Source: Candidatus Latescibacterota bacterium
Lineage (GTDB): Bacteria; Latescibacterota; UBA2968; UBA8231
Reading direction: 5' to 3'
Assembly (NCBI GenBank): GCA_965242865.1
Contig: CBDETK010000013.1
Span: 4,096,001-4,160,000, forward strand
Length of the DNA stretch: 64,000 bases
Part shown: piece after piece, positions 60,796-64,000 of the stretch
Layout: each line of letters opens with the position of its first letter
Numbering within the stretch: position 1 is the stretch's first letter
Translations under genes and position numbers: made by a program
Notes under the pieces: model-generated
Told to the model about the DNA's origin: nothing
What the model saw: only the letters and a program-made list of their open reading frames with translations
Databases searched by the model: none

Positions 60796-61797
60796 CTATT
60801 GGGGAGTAAAGCGGGTGTGTTCATAGGCCGCGAAAGGAGTGGCCACCCCCAGCTCGTCGGCTAGGTCTTGAAGGTTCTGCTGGTGCTGGGGGCTGAGGGG
60901 TACGCCGTCGCGGGCGTATGCGCGCTCCCGTTGCCACTCCAGATTGCCGGGCAGTTCGGCGCGGTTGAGGCCCGGGAAGGGCCGCATGTTGTGTACAGCG
61001 GCGACGAATGCGTCCATCTGCGCGTGGAATTCGTCTAACGGCATAAAGGCGCGCACGTCAAAGGCGGCGAGGAAGGCTCCTTGATTGGACTCCCAAGGCG
61101 AGGTCGGCGGGATAAATTGCGGCAGGTAAATCCCGGCCAACACGCCGCCCAGGGCCCGGTTTACCGCGCCGATGCCCAGTTCCTTAAAAAAGGCAAAGGG
61201 GATCTGGGCGAAGAGGTTTTCATCCCAAGGCAGCATGAAGGCCCCCATGTCGAGCACGAGGGGCGGTTGCTCCCGGTTGGGGAAGGCAATGCTGATCGGC
61301 GAAGCGGCGTTGACGCCTTTGACTAGCGAGTCCGGCGGCAGCTCGTAGCGGTGCGAGGAGATGGCGATCCCAATGCAGCCGGCCGCGGCCGCTATCCGCG
61401 AGTACTTGCCGGCGCTGCCGAAGTGGAAGTGGTTGCGAGTGGTGGCCGCGGCCGTGCCGTACTCGGCGGCCGTCTCGGCTGCCCAAGCCATGGCTTGGTG
61501 ACAGGACAGGTGGCCGAGGCCGCCATCGCCGTCATAGACGCGGGTAGTGGTCGTTGCGCTGACCGCCTTTATATTAGGGCGGGGATTGACGCGGCCTTCG
61601 AGCATCAGGCGCACGTAGCCGGGGAGCTGCCAAGTTCCGTGGCTGTGAACGCCGCGCAGGTCCGTCGCGGTCAAAAGGTCGGCGAGGAGCTGGGCGTCTG
61701 CTAAGTTAGTGCCGGCCTTGCGAAAGAAACTGGCGGTGAGTTGGCGCAAGGCGGCGGCTGGGATGCGAAGGCCCTCGGCCGGTGGCGTGTTTCCCAT
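60796..61797 (-). CDS. Ldh_2-family (malate/L-lactate/ureidoglycolate) dehydrogenase
   Basis: DLRGVHSHG, DGDGGLG, RN..HFG, VLDM, LPG. Confidence 0.88.
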   Translation of the reverse strand: MGNTPPAEGLRIPAAALRQLTASFFRKAGTNLADAQLLADLLTATDLRGVHSHGTWQLPGYVRLMLEGRVNPRPNIKAVSATTTTRVYDGDGGLGHLSCHQAMAWAAETAAEYGTAAATTRNHFHFGSAGKYSRIAAAAGCIGIAISSHRYELPPDSLVKGVNAASPISIAFPNREQPPLVLDMGAFMLPWDENLFAQIPFAFFKELGIGAVNRALGGVLAGIYLPQFIPPTSPWESNQGAFLAAFDVRAFMPLDEFHAQMDAFVAAVHNMRPFPGLNRAELPGNLEWQRERAYARDGVPLSPQHQQNLQDLADELGVATPFAAYEHTRFTPQ

Positions 61798-61828
61798 GAT
61801 GGCTCGCTGAGTAGGGGTAAAAAAGCGA

Positions 61829-61860
61829 ATTATATACGGGGTTGGGCGCGGGCGTGTCAA
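61829..61860 (-). promoter_or_regulatory. candidate sigma70 promoter of the Ldh_2 operon
   Basis: Minus strand TTGACA-N18-TATATAAT; spacing is slightly long. Confidence 0.45.
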
Positions 61861-61929
61861 GCAGCCGCCGCGGCTTTCCAATCCGCATTTAGGCGATAAA
61901 ATTTACAACCTGTCAAGGAGCGAAAAGAC

Positions 61930-62988
61930 TTGTTTGAATCAACCGATGATCTGCGCATTGCCCAGCTCAAACCGCTGATACCACCGGCGATTCTGATGGA
62001 AGAGTTGCCCATTTCGGAAAGGGCCGCCCACACCGTGGCCTCGGCCCGGTGCGCCTTGGACGCCATACTCGCCGGAGCGGACGACCGGCTAGTGGTGGTG
62101 GTCGGCCCGTGTTCGATTCACGATCCCCAAGCCGCGCTTGACTACGCGGCCCGGCTACAGGAAAGGGCCTCGGCCCTAAGCGACGAGTTGTGCGTGGTGA
62201 TGCGCGTGTACTTTGAGAAGCCGCGCACGACCGTCGGCTGGAAGGGGTTGATCAACGACCCGCACTTGGACGACAGCTTTGACATCAACAGCGGCTTGCG
62301 CGCCGCGCGTGGCTTGCTGGTGCAGTTGGGGGATATGGGCTTGCCGGTCGGTTCCGAATTCCTCGATACCATCACGCCGCAGTTTATCGCCGACTTGATC
62401 GCTTGGGGCGCCATTGGTGCTCGCACGACCGAGAGTCAGGTTCACCGCGAATTGGCTTCGGGGCTGTCGATGCCGGTTGGCTTCAAGAACGGGACCGCGG
62501 GCAGTGTGCAAATCGCCCTCGACGCCATCGGGGCCGCCCGGCATCCGCATCACTTTCTGTCGGTGACCAAGCAGGGTATTGCGGCGATTGTCGGGACTGC
62601 GGGCAATGCGAGTTGTCATCTGATTTTGCGCGGCGGCCGCGACGGTCCCAACTACGACCCCGCCAGCGTCGGCGCGGCCGCGGCGCAGCTCAAAGAGGCG
62701 GTCTTGCCGCATCGCGTGATGATCGATTGCAGCCACGGCAACAGCGCCAAAGACCACGAGCGTCAGCCGGCTGTGGTGCGCGCGGTGGCCGCGCAGGTGG
62801 CGGGAGGGACGCGGGATATTTTCGGGGTGATGCTGGAGAGCCACCTAATCGAGGGCAGTCAGAAACAGCAGGCAGGCAAGGCGTTGGTGTATGGACAGAG
62901 CATTACCGATGCCTGCATTGGGTGGGAGACGACGGTGGCGGTGTTGGAGGAATTGGCCGCGGCCGTGGCAACGCGGCGAAACATCTAA
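61930..62988 (+). CDS. aroG: DAHP synthase, class I-alpha
   Basis: DDLRI, GPCSIHD, RVYFEKPRTTVGWKG, GARTTESQVHR, IDCSHGNS, GQSITDAC; the isozyme label is nominal. Confidence 0.93.
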   Translation: MFESTDDLRIAQLKPLIPPAILMEELPISERAAHTVASARCALDAILAGADDRLVVVVGPCSIHDPQAALDYAARLQERASALSDELCVVMRVYFEKPRTTVGWKGLINDPHLDDSFDINSGLRAARGLLVQLGDMGLPVGSEFLDTITPQFIADLIAWGAIGARTTESQVHRELASGLSMPVGFKNGTAGSVQIALDAIGAARHPHHFLSVTKQGIAAIVGTAGNASCHLILRGGRDGPNYDPASVGAAAAQLKEAVLPHRVMIDCSHGNSAKDHERQPAVVRAVAAQVAGGTRDIFGVMLESHLIEGSQKQQAGKALVYGQSITDACIGWETTVAVLEELAAAVATRRNI

Positions 62989-62989
62989 G

Positions 62990-63105
62990 GAGGGTTCTTA
63001 AAGCTAGGGTTTCGGTCTCTGATTCGGCTTGGTCCTTTGCTGGATTCCCGCTTTCGCGGGAATGACCGTACTAGGCCAAAAGCAACATGAGTTTTAAGAA
63101 CGCTT
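62990..63105. mobile_element. candidate 116-bp MITE containing a family B palindrome
   Basis: Ends GAGGGTTCTTAAAGCT / AGTTTTAAGAACGCTT (13/16 inverted match), flanked by CTAAG on both sides; family B copy at 63040-63066. Confidence 0.65.
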
Positions 63106-63123
63106 CTAAGGAGGGTTCCGACG

Positions 63124-64000
63124 ATGGCTACATACCGCGTGGGGTTGATCGGGGCCGGGCGCAAAGGCACGCAGCACGCCCGCGCCTATATGCTTGACGA
63201 GCGCACGGAGTTGGTGGCCGTGGCCGATGGCGACCCGGAGAATTTAGCGCTGTTGCAAAAGCGCACCGGGGTGCCCGGTTATGCGGACTATCGCCAGATG
63301 CTGCAAAAAGAGGGGCTCGACATTGCCGCGCCGATTTTGCCGGTCCATGCCAACCCAGAGGTCGTCATCGCCTGCGCTCAGGCCGGGGTTAAGGCCATTC
63401 TCTGCGAAAAGCCGATCGCGGCCTCACTCGAAGAGGCCGACCAAATGGTCGCCGAGTGCAAACGCCGGCGCGTCTGGTTTGGTGCCGGCGACTTGGACGT
63501 GAACCTGCCGGCCTACCAAAAGGCCCTGGCGTTCATCGACGCCGGCGAGTTGGGGCCGGTCAAGCGCATCGCGCTGCTCGGCGGGTCGGGCACGGAGATG
63601 TCGGGTGGGGGCTGCCAGCGCTTTACCCTGATGCGCCACTTTGCAGGATGCGCCGAGGTGGCGTGGGTATCGGGCTGGGTCCGCGACGATCCCCTGAGCG
63701 ACCACGACCAAGGCGGGGCCGGGTACGTGCGCTTTACCAATGGGATTGAGGCGTTTATCGCCCGGGACGAGGATGTGCGCGGCCGCGGCTACGAGGTGGC
63801 CTGTGAGGGCGGGGTCTTCCGCTCGGACGACCATCTCGCCGGCTTGTACCGATACGTCGAAGGCGCCGGAGCGAGCTGGGAGAAGTTGGAAAAAATCGAG
63901 GGCGTCTTGCCGGAAGGGCCAATCTACGGCGCGCAACGCGGGTACGACGCCGAGGGCTGGCGGTGGCCCGGAGACCGCAATGTGGCAAGCTGCAAGGCCA
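63124..64000 (+). CDS. Gfo/Idh/MocA oxidoreductase, 3'-truncated by window edge (absent from the ORF track)
   Basis: RBS GGAGG; MATYRVGLIGAGRKGTQHARAY, AVAD, ILCEKP. Confidence 0.88.
   Translation, partial: MATYRVGLIGAGRKGTQHARAYMLDERTELVAVADGDPENLALLQKRTGVPGYADYRQMLQKEGLDIAAPILPVHANPEVVIACAQAGVKAILCEKPIAASLEEADQMVAECKRRRVWFGAGDLDVNLPAYQKALAFIDAGELGPVKRIALLGGSGTEMSGGGCQRFTLMRHFAGCAEVAWVSGWVRDDPLSDHDQGGAGYVRFTNGIEAFIARDEDVRGRGYEVACEGGVFRSDDHLAGLYRYVEGAGASWEKLEKIEGVLPEGPIYGAQRGYDAEGWRWPGDRNVASCKA

Noticed and set aside
20244-63066. CRISPR array or integron attC sites suggested by the palindromic repeats
   Set aside because: Copies are dispersed over kilobases with no regular spacers, lack paired RYYYAAC/GTTRRRY ends, and no cas or intI gene is present.

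Overview
A 64-kb chromosomal window from a GC-rich diderm bacterium. The FlgD/T9SS-like C-terminal sorting domains, heparinase-family lyase and sugar oxidoreductases suggest a Latescibacterota/Gemmatimonadota-like, possibly host-associated lineage; this is inference only. The housekeeping core is gltA-hpf-pntAa/Ab/B-gltB-gltD plus a class I-alpha DAHP synthase. Next comes a TonB receptor/ABC/RcnA-like metal-transport cluster. The centrepiece is a 14.5-kb tandem array (26444-40961) of four large secreted proteins with near-identical C-terminal sorting domains. Three of them are paralogous Ig/Calx-beta-like repeat proteins whose differences concentrate in variable-length, often aromatic-rich or AT-rich loop and tip inserts. 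Palindromic repeats sit in the spacers, and a GldA/GldF/double-GldG/DUF4340 ABC operon converges on the array. The right half has several AT-richer accessory patches and decayed modules missed by the ORF track: a frameshifted HicB, a VapC stub, an internally deleted RloB behind an intact AAA_21 ATPase, and a 10-codon IscS-like stub. It also has tandem Uma2 paralogs and a candidate 116-bp MITE. I found no rRNA, tRNA, CRISPR array, integrase, transposase or reverse transcriptase. All family calls come from motif recognition by eye, not from database searches.
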